Source of the DNA: Octopus sinensis
Taxonomy: Eukaryota
DNA length: 64,000 nucleotides
Assembly: GCF_006345805.1 (NCBI RefSeq)
Contig: NC_042997.1
Coordinates: 195,796,001 to 195,860,000, forward strand
Reading direction: 5' to 3'
A program made the position numbers and the translations under genes. This document shows positions 1 to 12,953 of the stretch, one piece after another. The stretch's first letter is position 1; every line of letters begins with the position of its first letter. The notes under the pieces are model-generated. The model was not told the origin of the DNA. It was given only the letters and a program-made list of their open reading frames with translations, and ran no database searches.

Positions 1-7
1 TGCAACT

Positions 8-223
8 ATTCTTTTCTACACTAGATACAAGTCCGAAATCTTTAGAAAGGAGGCCAGTCTATTACATCGGCCCCAGTACGGAACTGGTACTTAATTTATC
101 GACACTGAAAGGATGAAAGGCAAAGTCGACCTCGGCGGAATTTGAACTCAGAACGTAACGGCAGACGAAATACCGCCAAGCATTTCGTCCGGCGTGCTAA
201 CGTTTCTGCCAGCTCGCTGCCTT
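8..223 (-). mobile_element. tRNA-derived SINE family A (Meta-domain-like core)
   Basis: Head AAGGCAGCGAGCTGGCAGAAACG, B box GAGTTCAAATTCC, core GTCGACTTTGCCTTTCATCC. Confidence 0.85.
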
Positions 224-394
224 TGAAACGTACAGCTATTAATGCCTTCAATCTCTCTCTCTCTCCCTCTCTCTCTCTCTCCTCTCTCTCTCTATCTATC
301 TATCTATCTACCTATCCGTATGTCTGCCTATCTGTCTGTCTGTCACACGCACTAAAAGAATATTCTTCTTCTTCTTCTTCTTCTTCTTCTTCTT

Positions 395-427
<33 letters not shown>

Positions 428-449
428 ATTCTTATTATTATCATATATT

Positions 450-484
<35 letters not shown>

Positions 485-1369
485 ACAAGACAAATATTTA
501 CAAATTATGAAAGCGAATTAAGAGAGAGGTCTTGGTGATAATGTTCTTATGGATGAAGGGAAGAAAGATTGTTATAAGGAAATGTTCTTTTAGTTCGACT
601 TGTATTTAGCGTGATCGAACGGACATCCCGTTGCGTTTCACTAAAATATACTGTATTAGATAACTTTATTTAGCAATACACTATATTATGTAAAAATATA
701 AAGTCGATGATGTTTCTTCAGAATATGATGACAAAAGTAATTGTGGTCCCCGCAACACATCAATGGATTTCTTCAGCTGACTCTACCGTAGCTGAATAAC
801 AAGTCAAATGTTATATTGAAAATATATGGACGTCCTGTTGCGCTGATATATCACATCTCTGTGTAATTGTATCAAATTCCTCACAAATATTACATGCTGC
901 GAAAGTCATAGACTTTTTGCTACGACTTTCATATGTTTATTTGAAGTTATGAAATAAATGTTGAGGATTTAAAGAATAAAATTAAAACTATATCCGACAT
1001 TTTAAAAATTTATATAGAAATATTGAAGAAATAGAAACAAGAGATAACCAATTGAAAAGAACAAACAGCAGGGTGTTAGATATCAACTTATTTGATGTAA
1101 CATATCTCGTATATCTGGTTATAAATAAGTTTTGAAAGAAATTTTCAAAACAGGCTAGGCTGTGTGGTTAAGATGTCTGCTTCACAAGCAAACATCTTAA
1201 CCATACATAGTTTCGCGTTCAATTCCACTACGCCCAAGCATGCGGTGCCATGGGTAAGTGTTTTCTACTATATCTCCGAGGCAACCAATCGCTTCTGAGT
1301 GAATTCTGTAGATGGGATGAAATTTGTGTGGTGTATATATTCGCCATGATAGATCACTAGCCGCTATAC

Positions 1370-1531
1370 ATTCTTTATTTTCTCTCCTTGTTTCTTTCTG
1401 TGTTCCTTTCTGTGGAAGGCCGTAAGCTCGAAACGTTAAAGACTTGTTCAGTTCTCCAGCTTTATACAAAAAAATCTATTTGTTGTTTACACCACTTGTC
1501 TTCGTCTTTTGTGTTTTTTGTGAACTCTCCC
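1370..1531 (+). repeat. PLE-terminal-repeat-like module with U6-variant hammerhead-like fold (1406-1441)
   Basis: CTTT CTGTGGA A GGCC gtaa GCTC GAAA CG TT AAAG, followed by the family tail ending in microsatellite. Confidence 0.55.
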
Positions 1532-1823
1532 TATATGTATATATATATGTGTGTATGTGTGGGTGTGTGTGCGTATGTCTGTGTGTCTATGTGTGCACGT
1601 GTGTATGTATACAAATCATATACATATGTATGTTTATATATATATTTGTGTATATATATATGTATATATATCTATCTATGTACACACACAGACACACGCT
1701 ATATATTAACACGAGCAGTTCGGCCGATTATATTCACAGTTACATTCAAATGCCCTCTTTCTAGCGCGCCAGATTCCTCGTGTTAATATATAGCGTGCAG
1801 TTCGACAAATTATATTTTGACGT

Positions 1824-1899
1824 ACTCCACCGATGATCTGAGGATAATTATGTAAGTAAAATTGCATAATTTATTAACAGTGAAACAATTGTATGGGGT
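1824..1899 (+). ncRNA. Type I hammerhead motif, U4C core variant
   Basis: Stem I ACTCCA/TGGGGT; core CCGATGA 1830-1836; stem II T-CTG...CAG-T with a 10-bp inner hairpin AATTATGTAA/TTGCATAATT; GAAA 1882-1885; palindromic ACAATTGT; GUA triplet (H17 at 1893). Confidence 0.7.
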
Positions 1900-2304
1900 T
1901 CATCTATATTTTTGTTATTTTTCATTTGTCCTGCTCGCTTACGTTCTTAGTGTGCTAATTTTTTTCTTGAGAACAATTCTTAGTGGTTGAGTCCCTTTGC
2001 GGATCTATATCTAGCGTAAGAGCGTCCACATAGTGGATTCTCTCTCATATTTATTGTGTATATATATATATATTATATATATATATATATAGGTATTTAC
2101 ATGTATACAGATCAAAACGATTAGTTTTTCAAAGAAGCCAGCTGCTCCCGAGTGCTGGACGATTTAGCATCATTGATGTAAGTGGACACTGGTTATGAAA
2201 CAGCTGTCGATAAATTCTTAAGGATGTCTAATTCCTCCTGAATTTTTTGTGGATTATATATATACACATACATACATACATACATACATACATACATACA
2301 TACA

Positions 2305-2336
<32 letters not shown>

Positions 2337-2624
2337 CACATACATACATACATACATACATATATGTATATATATAATTATATATATATATATATATACA
2401 TATATATATGTATATATATATATATGTGTGTGTGTATATATATATGTATTATATGCATATATACATACATACATGCATATATATGTGCGTGTATATATAT
2501 ATGTATTATATATATATATATATATATATATGCATATATACATACATGCATATATATATATGTATATATATATATATATGTATGTATATATATGTATATA
2601 GATATATATGAAAGGGACATTGTG

Positions 2625-3008
2625 AGTGTTTATTGAGCGAAAACAGCTAAAGCTCCTCGTGGCTCCGGCAGGAGGTGTTGGTGAACCCTGCTGTACTCTT
2701 TCACCACACTTTCCCTCACTCTTTCTTCCTGTTTCTGTTGTGTCTGTATTTCAAAGGGCCAGCCTTGTCACACTATGTGTACATGTGTCTTTGGAGTGCT
2801 CAGCCACTTACACGTTAATAAATGAGCTGCGACCTCACTGGTGCCAAGCTGTTTCCGCCTTTACCTTTCCCTTGGATGACATCGGTGGCGTAGAGAGGAG
2901 AGGCTGGCATGCATGGGCACCTGCTGGTCTTCCATTAACAACCTTGCCCAGACTTGTGTCTTGGAGGGTAACTTTCCAGGTGTAATCCCAATGACCGAAG
3001 AGGGTCAC
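2625..3008 (+). mobile_element. 5'-truncated family C SINE with an alternative tail
   Basis: Family C body fused to the GCCAAGCTG...GACCGAAGAGGG tail also seen at 14779-14960. Confidence 0.75.
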
Positions 3009-3164
3009 AACTACAACAACAACAACAATATATATATATATATAAATATATACAACAATATATATATATATATGCATGTATATATTTAGGTAAACCTTAA
3101 CCCCCCCATAAAATGCCAGAAGGTATGGGAATGAAATATATGTATAATGTGGAAGTGACATCGA

Positions 3165-3900
3165 CGCTACTCTCGGAACACAACATGGTATAGCTGACCA
3201 TGTATGGGTCGAAGGAAACCATGGAGATGCAACCTACAAGAAACTCTCAAAATATTTCCAGTTTGAGCTTCGAGAAGTCAAACTGGAAATAAATTGAGAA
3301 AGAAATCCTCAAACAAAACTGGCTTAAATGTTTCTACTCACCGGACATCCACAAAAAGATTCAGCAATTCATAACTGTAATTCAAGCCATATAATACAAA
3401 TGTGTCTCTGAGAAAAAAGCCACTGTACACAAGAACAAAATCCCTAGGGAGAGGAAAATTCTTCGGCGTACACAAATTTCAAATCGCCTAAACAAACAAA
3501 TTGAAAGAAGTGAAAAGTCCCGCCTGAAAATATAACTGCAGGAAATTGAAAAATATCTGAAACTCTCCCATGAAGAAGAAAGAGCAGACAAAGAAGACTA
3601 CTATAGTCTTCTACAAGTTTGCCAAAGAAACAGCCTCAGTGCACTTAAGTTTAAGGCCACTCCTCGAAAAAGATGGTTCATTCAAACGAAACCTAATGAA
3701 GAATCCCAGTGAAGATTAGTGATACTAAATGAGCAATTCAAAAGTGTTTTCACTCCACCTCTAGGACACTTGTAAGTCAGCAATCCAGCTGATTTTTTTT
3801 ACCACTGCAGATATAAAAACAGAGGTAGTGATAATTGATTACATCAATATAAAAGATGTCGATGTAATAAGGACTATGAACCTGATCTCAGCTACAGGCC
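3165..3900 (+). pseudogene. CR1-type LINE ORF2 relic (end of endonuclease and EN-RT linker)
   Basis: LSEHNM (SDHN-like), IPRERKILRRTQISNRLNK, EIEKYLKLSHEEERADKE, FYKFAKETAS, LNEQFKSVFTPP; many stops and frameshifts. Confidence 0.7.
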
Positions 3901-3931
3901 CTGATGTGAGCAACGCCGCGCTATATTGCTA

Positions 3932-3967
<36 letters not shown>

Positions 3968-4309
3968 GTGTGTATGCGTGTGTATATGTGCATGTTTTTG
4001 TGTTTGTCTTCTTCATTGTTTGGTAACTGGTATTGGTTTGTTTACGTTCGCGTACATTAACGCCTCGGCAAAATTAATGTTAAAATAAATTCCAAACACT
4101 AAAATTTGCACTGGGGTCGATTTGGTCGACTGAACCCTTCAAAATAGTGCCCCAACATGACCACATTCCTAGAGAAAAAATAAAAGAACAAAAACACTTT
4201 GTAAATAAAATTTCCACGAGCATATCACATGTTCTTTTCTTTTCTGTTCTAGGCACAAGACACGAATTTTTTGAGGAGGGGGCCATATATATATATATAT
4301 ATATTAGCT

Positions 4310-4902
4310 TGACCCCAGAACTCAACTGGTATTTAATTTATCGACCCCGAAGGATGAAGGGCAAAGTCAACCTCGGCTGAATTTGAACTCAGAACGTAAC
4401 GGCAGCCGAAATATCGCTAAGCATTTCGCTCGGCGTGCTAACGTTTCTGCCAGCTCACCGCCTTTCAGTTATTTGAAATATTTTTTCTACACTAGGAACG
4501 AGGCCCGAAATTTTAGGAGGGGGAGGACAGTCGATTAGATCGACCTCAGAACGAAACTGGTACTTAATTTATCGACCCCGAAAGGATGAAAGACAAAGTC
4601 GACCCCGCCGGAATTTGAACTCAGAACGTAAATACCGCTAAGCATTTCGTCTGGCGTTCTAACGTTTCTTATTTCTTTATTGCCCTTAAGGGACAAAACA
4701 TAGAGGGCACAAACAAGGACAGACAAAGGGATTAAGTCAATTACATCGACCGTAGTGCGTAAGTGGTACTCAATTTATCGACCCCGAAAGGATGAAAGGC
4801 AAAGTGGACTTCGGCGGAATTTGAACTCAGAACGTAACGGCGGACGATATACCGCTAAGCATTTCGCCCGGCGTGCTAACGTTTTTGCCAGCTCGCCGCC
4901 TT
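4310..4902 (-). mobile_element. SINE family A, one copy (4310-4464) plus a nested dimer (4480-4902)
   Basis: Repeated core and head motifs. Confidence 0.85.
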
Positions 4903-6589
4903 AGACACATATACACATATTGTTCATTAACGACTTATGTGAGTAGCTTCAAGGCTTTTATTCTGAGGTTAGGGTTCTATATCTCGTTTGTACGATTTTT
5001 AAGAACTAATGCACAATGTTAGAAATTATACCTCATATTAACAGCTTATCAAGAAGTCACAATAATTTCTCACTCAATTAACATAGCATATAATGGAAAA
5101 AAAGCCGTACATTTCTTTCTGTGTGCGCTTAGCGTAATGGCGGATTTAGAAACTCTATGCTAACATTTCTAAGATAACAAACCGACATGTTTTTACGTAC
5201 GATTCACTGAACCCTTTAACTTAGTTAAGACGCTCTGTTTGACACTATTGAAATTTAATGAAAGCAAGACATTTTAAAGAAATTAGTATTTCGTTTGCTT
5301 TATCCCATGCAGAACGATCCTATAACATGTTATCATCCTAAGGGAAAATTGCGTAACATTAATTTGGTCTTTCTTTGACGTTTGTATTTATTTTTATCCG
5401 TAAATATTTTCCTCTTATTTTTTTTTCTTTACAGCAATGTACTTGTAAACATTTTGATAGAAAGAATATTTCGATAAAAACGTCTGGAGGCAATGTTGTG
5501 AGATAATATTAACCAATATTCCATTGTACCCTAAGGGAAGAAAATTACATGAAGATGGATTATAACGAATCAAGCCATAGCTTAAGGACATCAATTTGCT
5601 CTTTTACGCTTGAGATAAAAATAAATAAATAAACGAACATTTCTACTGAGTTATTTGTTTTTCGAAAGGCAAACATCATTAAATATTTATTGGAATTCCA
5701 AATGATAAATCAATCTTACTCCATTAATATCCCGCCATATTTTTCAGAGATTCCATCCAAATGTTTTGAAGAACTCATTACTACTCTAAAGAGTCTCATG
5801 CCCATTTTTAATCGTTTGTAATTCGTCTTCATGGAGACCTAAAAAGATATAAATTAATTTATGGAGAAGCGAATGAGTTCAACGTTATTATTTTCTCGTG
5901 ACCCCTAATTTTATAAGGTTGATAACTCGTTGCGTCCTCGCTAATTGTTTTATTTTGTGTTCGCTGAGCAAACTTTATTTCATTAATTAGTGAAATGAAA
6001 TTGGTCGCATCATTTTAAAATTTCATCAGGTTATAATTTTCTGTTTAGATGTATAAATGGATTTGTAACAAATGTGCGTGCATCCGTTGAATTTTACATT
6101 TCCTTGTAATTAAACCCTGCATTTCTAAAGAAAAACTTTTTAGCAGACAACTTAACGCCGTCAGCGCCTTACCAGATGTCACTCTTCAAAACTGACCTTT
6201 GGTTATAACATAGCGTAATTGAAGAGGTAGGTTCTGTATTAGCCGCTGAGATACGAGGGACAAACAGTATTACAAGCAACATTCTTATAATCTTCAGCTC
6301 TGCAACAAAGAAGCAAAACACGCGACATTGCTTATGAAAAATAAAAACACGACTAGAAAATAGCAATATTCCAGTCTATCATAACTTAAAAAAGAGATTA
6401 AAATCAGATAAAAGCTAAATATATTTTTAGCGATATGGCTATTGATATCGCCTTCAAAACAAAATATTTTGTCGAGCTACTTCAGAATATCAGCAATACG
6501 TTCATAAATATATAATAGTAATTGTTCGGTTGAGAACAATCGAGTGTAAAGGTTAAAACATTAAATATATATGTGTGTGTGCGTGTAGT

Positions 6590-6682
6590 ATTATATAATA
6601 TATATATATATATATATATACATATATATTATATATATATAACATATATATATACATATATATATAATATATATATTATATG

Positions 6683-6754
<72 letters not shown>

Positions 6755-6876
6755 TATATATTTTTATATATATTATATACATATTATTATATATATATTA
6801 TATTTATATATATATATATACATATATAATATAATATATATATATATGTATATATATATGTATATATATATTATAT

Positions 6877-6918
<42 letters not shown>
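6590..6918. repeat. Degenerate (TA)n tract (representative; others at 11515-11720, 23965-24240, 26900-27250, 27450-27625, 50100-50440, 50990-51110)
   Basis: Directly visible. Confidence 0.95.
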
Positions 6919-6919
<1 letters not shown>

Positions 6920-7457
6920 GTTTACATTTAAATTGTCTACAATGGCGTAGATGACAGATACAAGCAGAGTTACTGGCAGGAAGCAATTACTAGATTTAAT
7001 GTCATCCTCCGCATTTCAAGTTTTAAAATTTCATCAGACTCACTTGTGACACCTTTAGCACCAAAGTCAAAATTACAAAGGATAATAATATTCAGTATAT
7101 TATTATTTCTAATAATTTTGATTAGGAAATGATGAACTCTGACCTGTATCCATTACAAATATTAGAGTTTTCTTCATCTGTAATAGATAAGAACATTTGT
7201 TACATCACAATTTTGTTTTTAAATATTTAACAGTTACGTAATACACCTTTACCGCGATTTTCTTATAAATTCGGTGTGACATTATGCATGACTACCTGAC
7301 AAGGTGTGGGTGGCGAAGGGCTTTTCAATTACAGATGGAGTCAATCCGGCCGGTTTACATGTAGATCTCATGTGTCAAATTTTGCTATAAAGTCATGGGT
7401 TCATCCGAAATAATTACCAAATTATCAAATGTGCTACAATGTGGCATCGAACTGTGT

Positions 7458-7838
7458 GTGGAAGCACTCCGTCGGTTACGACGATGAGGGTTCCGGTTGA
7501 TCTGACCAACGGAACAGCCTGCTCGTGAAATTAACGTGTAAGTGGCTGAGCACTCCACAGACACGTGTACCTTAACGTAGTTCTCGGGGATATCAGCGTG
7601 ACACAGTGAGTGACAAGGCCGGCCCTTGAAATACAGGTACAACAGAAACAGGAAAAAGCAAAGAGGAGAGAAGTTGTGGCGAAAGAGTACAGCAGTGATC
7701 ACCACCACCCCCTGCCGGAGCCTTGTGGAGCTTTAGGTGTTTTCGCTCAATAAACACTCACAACGCCCGGTCTGGGAATCGAAACCGCGATCCTACGACC
7801 GCAAGTCCGCTGCCCTAACCAGTGGGCCATTGCGCCTC
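7458..7838 (-). mobile_element. tRNA-derived SINE family C
   Basis: Head GGAGGCGCAATGGCCCACTGGTTAGGGCAGCGGAC, B box GGTTTCGATTCCC. Confidence 0.9.
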
Positions 7839-8021
7839 CAAAAGGCATCGAACTAGAGACCTAATGGTTGTAAAACGATATTCCTTAACCATTCTGTTGT
7901 GGACACACCAACACATACACACACACACACACACACGGACGCACACACACACAACACACACACACACACACACACACGCGTACGTACGCACGCACGCACG
8001 CACGTGTGCAGAGCTCCTCTC

Positions 8022-8345
8022 ACGCCGGGACTCTGTCGATTACGACAAGGGTTCCAGTTGATTTGATCAATAAAGCATCCAGCTCGTGAAATTAACATGC
8101 AAGTGGCTGAGTACTCCACAGACGCGCGTACCCTTAAAATAGTTCTCAGGGAGATTCAGCGTGAAAAAAGAATGTGAAGAAGTTGGCCCTTTAAAACACG
8201 GGTGCAACTCATTTTTGCCAGCTGAATGGACTGGAACCACGTGAAATAAAGTGTCTTGTCCAAGGACATAAGCGCCGCTGGTAATCGAACTCACGACCAT
8301 ACACTCGTTAACCAAATAACTTAACCATTAAGCCGCGCACCTTCA
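8022..8345 (-). mobile_element. SINE C/D type (CORE-like middle, family C tail)
   Basis: tRNA head, CCTTGGACAAGACACTTTATTTCACG, shared tail. Confidence 0.75.
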
Positions 8346-8778
8346 CCACACACTCACACATACACATCGGGCATTCGAACTATTATTTTCCTAAATGTCT
8401 TGACACAAAACAACTTCTATATATATTTCCATTACTCTCAATTTTTCCTTCCTTCTTCTCCACTCTTCATTCTGTTATCTCTTTAACGTTCCAAAGATCT
8501 CAAACCGAAAACTCCAAAAAACACTTAAAGCTTTCGCCATCTTTCGTTGAGAGTTGAGCGAGTAATTACGCTTCATTTTTCACTGTTTCTTTATTTTCGT
8601 CGTAAATTTTTTAAACATCTTCAACCCACGCCGCACAAAAACGCACACAAGCACATAAGTAAATACACACATACGTACACACAAACACGGGATTGTACTG
8701 GAAGCAATGAAAAAGTAGACCTTACGTTTGTTTATTTACTCCCACATGTCATTTAACTGGCATATATTAGTAGAGTAA

Positions 8779-9150
8779 GGAGGCGCAATGGCCCAGTGGT
8801 TAGGGCAGCGGACTCGCGGTCATAGGATCGCGGTTTCGATTCCCAGACCGGGCGTTGCGAGTGTTTATTGAGCGAAAACACTTAAAGCTCCCCGAGGCTC
8901 CGGCAGGGGATGGTGGTGATCCCTGCTGTACTCTTTCACCACAACTTTCACTCACTCTTACTTCCTGTTTCTGTTGTACCTGTATTTCAAAGGGCCGGCC
9001 TTGTCACTCTCTGTGACACGCTGAATATCCCCGAGAACTACGTTAAGGGTACACGTGTCTGTGGAGTGCTCAGCCACTTACACGTTAATTTCACGAGCAG
9101 GCTGTTCCGTTGATTCGGATCAACCGGAACCCTCATCGACGTAACCGATG
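8779..9150 (+). mobile_element. SINE family C
   Basis: Full length. Confidence 0.9.
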
Positions 9151-9577
9151 GTCGGAAAGTGGGCAATCCAAAAGGTAACGTTCGATTCGATGGAGACAAT
9201 GGTGGAAATCTGTCGTAGCCTACTGAAAGCATTTGAGGCTTATGAAAATTATATTATTTTTCTATCTGGAAAGAAGGAATGAAATATGAGCACATGATTT
9301 TGATCCAGAAACGAAGGATCAGTCCATTAAATGAGGTCACAGCTCTTCTCCAACATCTAAGAAGTTTAAGAGTCAGCGATGTTCACAAAACGTAGTAATG
9401 AATGCTTTGATGACATTTCAGGATGACGAAGACGTTATTCTCCATGGTTTTCTGGAACTTGCTTGTACTTTGAATATCAAACGTTGAGATAGCCAAAAAG
9501 CTCAGAAAAGCTATTAGAAGGACGAAACTGAGCAAAATTTGAAAGCGATACTCATTTACCATGATAAAGCACACGAT

Positions 9578-9798
9578 AAAGCGAGCTGGTAGAAACGTTG
9601 GCACGCCGGGCGAAATGCGTAGTCGTATTTCGTCTGCCGTTACGTTCAAATTCTGCCGAGGTCGACTTTGCCTTTCATCCTTTCGGGGTCGATAAATTAA
9701 GTACCAGTTACGCACTGGGGTCGATGTAATCGACTTAATCCGTTTGTCTGTTCTTGTTTGTCCTCTCTGTGTTTAGCCCTTTGTGGGTAATAAAGAAA
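9578..9798 (+). mobile_element. SINE family A
   Basis: Full head-core-tail. Confidence 0.85.
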
Positions 9799-9819
9799 CA
9801 CATAAAGCACAACCTTACA

Positions 9820-10060
9820 CAGACTTGTGACATCCAATCAGGCAACTGATAACATCATCGTTGCTGGTCCACGATCCACCGTACGGATTTGATCTGGTCT
9901 TCACCGACTTCAAGCTCTATGAACTATCCGGGAAAAAAAAAACTGATGAAACAGACTACATGAGAGTGACTACAGCAGTGCACGCCTGAGTTTCTTTCAA
10001 ATAGGATTCGAAAATTGGGTTCAACGATGGCTGAAAGGAATCACTTGTGATTGAAACTAC
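9820..10060 (+). pseudogene. Highly decayed mariner transposase fragment
   Basis: HDPPYGFDLVFTDFKL (HPPYSPDLAPSDF-like) at 9870 and GFENWVQRWLK near 10005. Confidence 0.5.
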
Positions 10061-10195
10061 ACTGAATTGCAAGTTTCTATAGAGGAAGGAATACTCAACC
10101 AGCATGCCTACTTTTACATCACGTTCGGTGTAAACACCGTGTGCAAGGGTATGTCTACATACATATATTCATGCATACATACATGCATACATATA

Positions 10196-10745
10196 CTCTT
10201 TACTCTTTTACTCTTTTACTTGTTTCAGTCATTTGACTGCGGCCATGCTGGAGCACCACCTATAATCGAGCAACTCGACCCCAGGACTTGTTCTTTGTAA
10301 GCCCAGTACTTATTCTATCGGTCTGTCTTGCCGAACCGCTAAGTGACGGGGACATAAACACACCAGCATCGGTTGTCAAGCAAACATACACGCACACATA
10401 TATATATACATATATATACATATATACGACGGGCTTCTTTCAGTTTCCGTCTACCAAATCCACTCACAAGGCTTTGGTCGGCCCGAGGCTATAGTAGAAG
10501 ACACTTGCTCAAGGTGCCACGCAGTGGGACTGAACCCGAAACCATATAGTTGGTAAACAAGCTACTTTATTTTATCTAATTTGCCACAGGGGCATTACAC
10601 AGATGGATGTAGCTTTGCGGGCTGGACATAGACATTAATGGTATGAATGATGGTGATGGAACGAAGATGATGATGGGAGAAGACGAAAGCGCCCGCCGAC
10701 TTCCGCTTCTCTAAACAAGCTACTTACCACACAGCCACTCCTACG
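10196..10745 (-). mobile_element. tRNA-derived SINE family B (CORE-like segment, internal (TA)n) with a nested 144-bp insertion
   Basis: Head GGAGTGGCTGTGTGGTAAGTAGC, CORE-like CCTTGRGCAAGTGTCTT. Insert 10568-10711 is flanked by 14-bp TAAACAAGCTACTT. Confidence 0.85.
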
Positions 10746-11063
10746 TATGTGTTTAGAAGTAGCAGTGAACTGTAGTGTTAAAGTCGAAGCAGCTTTTCGA
10801 ATTTTACACTTTGATATGATTCTTTAGGCGAAGCTTTGAAGGCAATATCATCTTTAAAGAAAAGCAAGGCTGTAGACAAAAGAAATACATACATGGATTT
10901 ATATACATGCATATAAATATATGTGTGCGTATGTGTGTGTGCGAGCGCGCGAGCGTGTATACATGCATACTTACAGAGAGACAATCTCACACACCCACAT
11001 TCATATACACACACAAACATATATAATTTTTGAGCTCATATATAAATATACATACATACATGC

Positions 11064-11108
<45 letters not shown>

Positions 11109-11519
11109 CATATATATGAACACAAGTATGCAAGGGATATTCGCACAAACACACACACATATATATATATGAATACAAAAATCCAAGAGATATGCACAGA
11201 AACATATATATATATATATAATATATATATATATATGTATATGTGCAGATATATTCATACATATAGATATGTTTCATTCGCTTAGATTCGATATTGACTT
11301 CAAAGTTTCGCCGAAGATGGCTTATCTAACTGGAATTTTGAAGAAAAATTTCAGATTCATTGCTTTGAAGCAAATGCTAACATACACATATGTATACACA
11401 CAAGCGCGCACACACACGCATATTATATATTATTTGTTGTGTGTGAGCGAGTATGTACTCATACATCATCATGCCTGTGTGTGTAGACACAGGGCACACA
11501 CACACACACACACACATAT

Positions 11520-11605
<86 letters not shown>

Positions 11606-11636
11606 CACATTTAAAATTCAGATATACATTACATAC

Positions 11637-11718
<82 letters not shown>

Positions 11719-12085
11719 ATACATGCATACATTTATGTGTGTGTGTGTATTTACCTGTCGTCTTGGCTGTCATTGAACTGAAGAAGATTAGCTGCATTGA
11801 GTTATGTGAATTGGGAAGGGAAACAGAAAATATTTCACCATAGATATGGCAGAAGAAATCTAAGAGGAACATGAAAGGAGGCGAGAACAAAGAATATAAC
11901 GGAGCGATTATATTAAGAAAATGGCGGCTGCATGTTTTATGATGTTAAAATTGCACTCAGTTTAGTGCGATAGTTGTAAGAGTAACGAAAGAAGGCGAAA
12001 AACGTGTTACAGTTTGATTTAAAAAAGAACCTTGCCTTTCCTTGTAGCATCAACAATCCCGGGAGAGAACCGGTATGTGGGGTGG

Positions 12086-12314
12086 CGGCGAGCTGACAGA
12101 AACGGTAGCACGCCGGGCGAAATGCTAAGCGGTATTTCGTCTGCCGCTACATTCTGAGTTCAAATTCCGCCGAGGTCTACTTTGTCTTTTATCCTTTCGG
12201 GGTCGATTGAATAAGTACCAGTTACGCACTGGGGTCGATATAATCGACTTAATCCGTTTGTCTGTCCTTGTTTGTCCTCTCTGTGTTTAGCCCCTTGTGG
12301 GTAGTAAAGAAATA
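12086..12314 (+). mobile_element. SINE family A with 14-bp TSD GGTATGTGGGGTGG
   Basis: TSD copies at 12072-12085 and 12315-12328. Confidence 0.9.
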
Positions 12315-12908
12315 GGTATGTGGGGTGGTGGATGAGCAATATTTCGGTAAGTGTTGAAGTCGCCAAAGTTTACATCTTAAAACGGCGGTGTAGAAGGTAG
12401 AGAATAAGTGCGGGAGATTTTGTGGTAAATATGACGAGAAGCCGGTATAGCATATGTCCAGGTGAAAGAGGTGAGTGGGAGGGAAATTTGAGTTTATGTA
12501 TTTGTAGACATCACCATTTGGAACGGAATTTGAAGTGAGAGTATCACCTGGCCATTAGAAATTTATTGTAGATAGGAGTTCAGAAATTTGTACCCCACAG
12601 AGAAATGCAATGCGTAATTTATAAGAGGTGATACATGAGATTTAAGGTAATTTGATGAATGGGGATGTTCGAGAAGGGGAGCAAAAATTGAACCCTGCCC
12701 GAAATTCGTCTGAATGCTTGTATGACAGAGCAAACACCACAACGGACACCCATCGGTAAAATGGTGATGGTAAGACGGCTGTTGTTATGTGTGTGTGCGT
12801 GTTAGTGTGTTACCAAGGCATAGAGAACTATTGCGCCATATTTAACAGGAATGCGTCAGTGTAGTAGGAGTACTAGTTGTAGCAGTAATAATAATAATAA
12901 TAATAATG

Positions 12909-12950
<42 letters not shown>

Positions 12951-12953
<3 letters not shown>

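Noticed and set aside
2161-2216. GAAA-CAGCTG-TC with upstream TTGATGT
   Set aside because: Core and stem II are too decayed to support a call.
7005-7046. Minus-strand CTGATGA...GAAA
   Set aside because: Stem II is weak, there is no valid stem III or UH, and stem I is only 2 bp.
8779-8860. tRNA genes at SINE heads
   Set aside because: A/B boxes are present but there is no complete acceptor stem, and each runs into a SINE body.
12330-12830. Possible LINE endonuclease relic (GDFN on the minus strand)
   Set aside because: Only one 4-residue motif; insufficient support.
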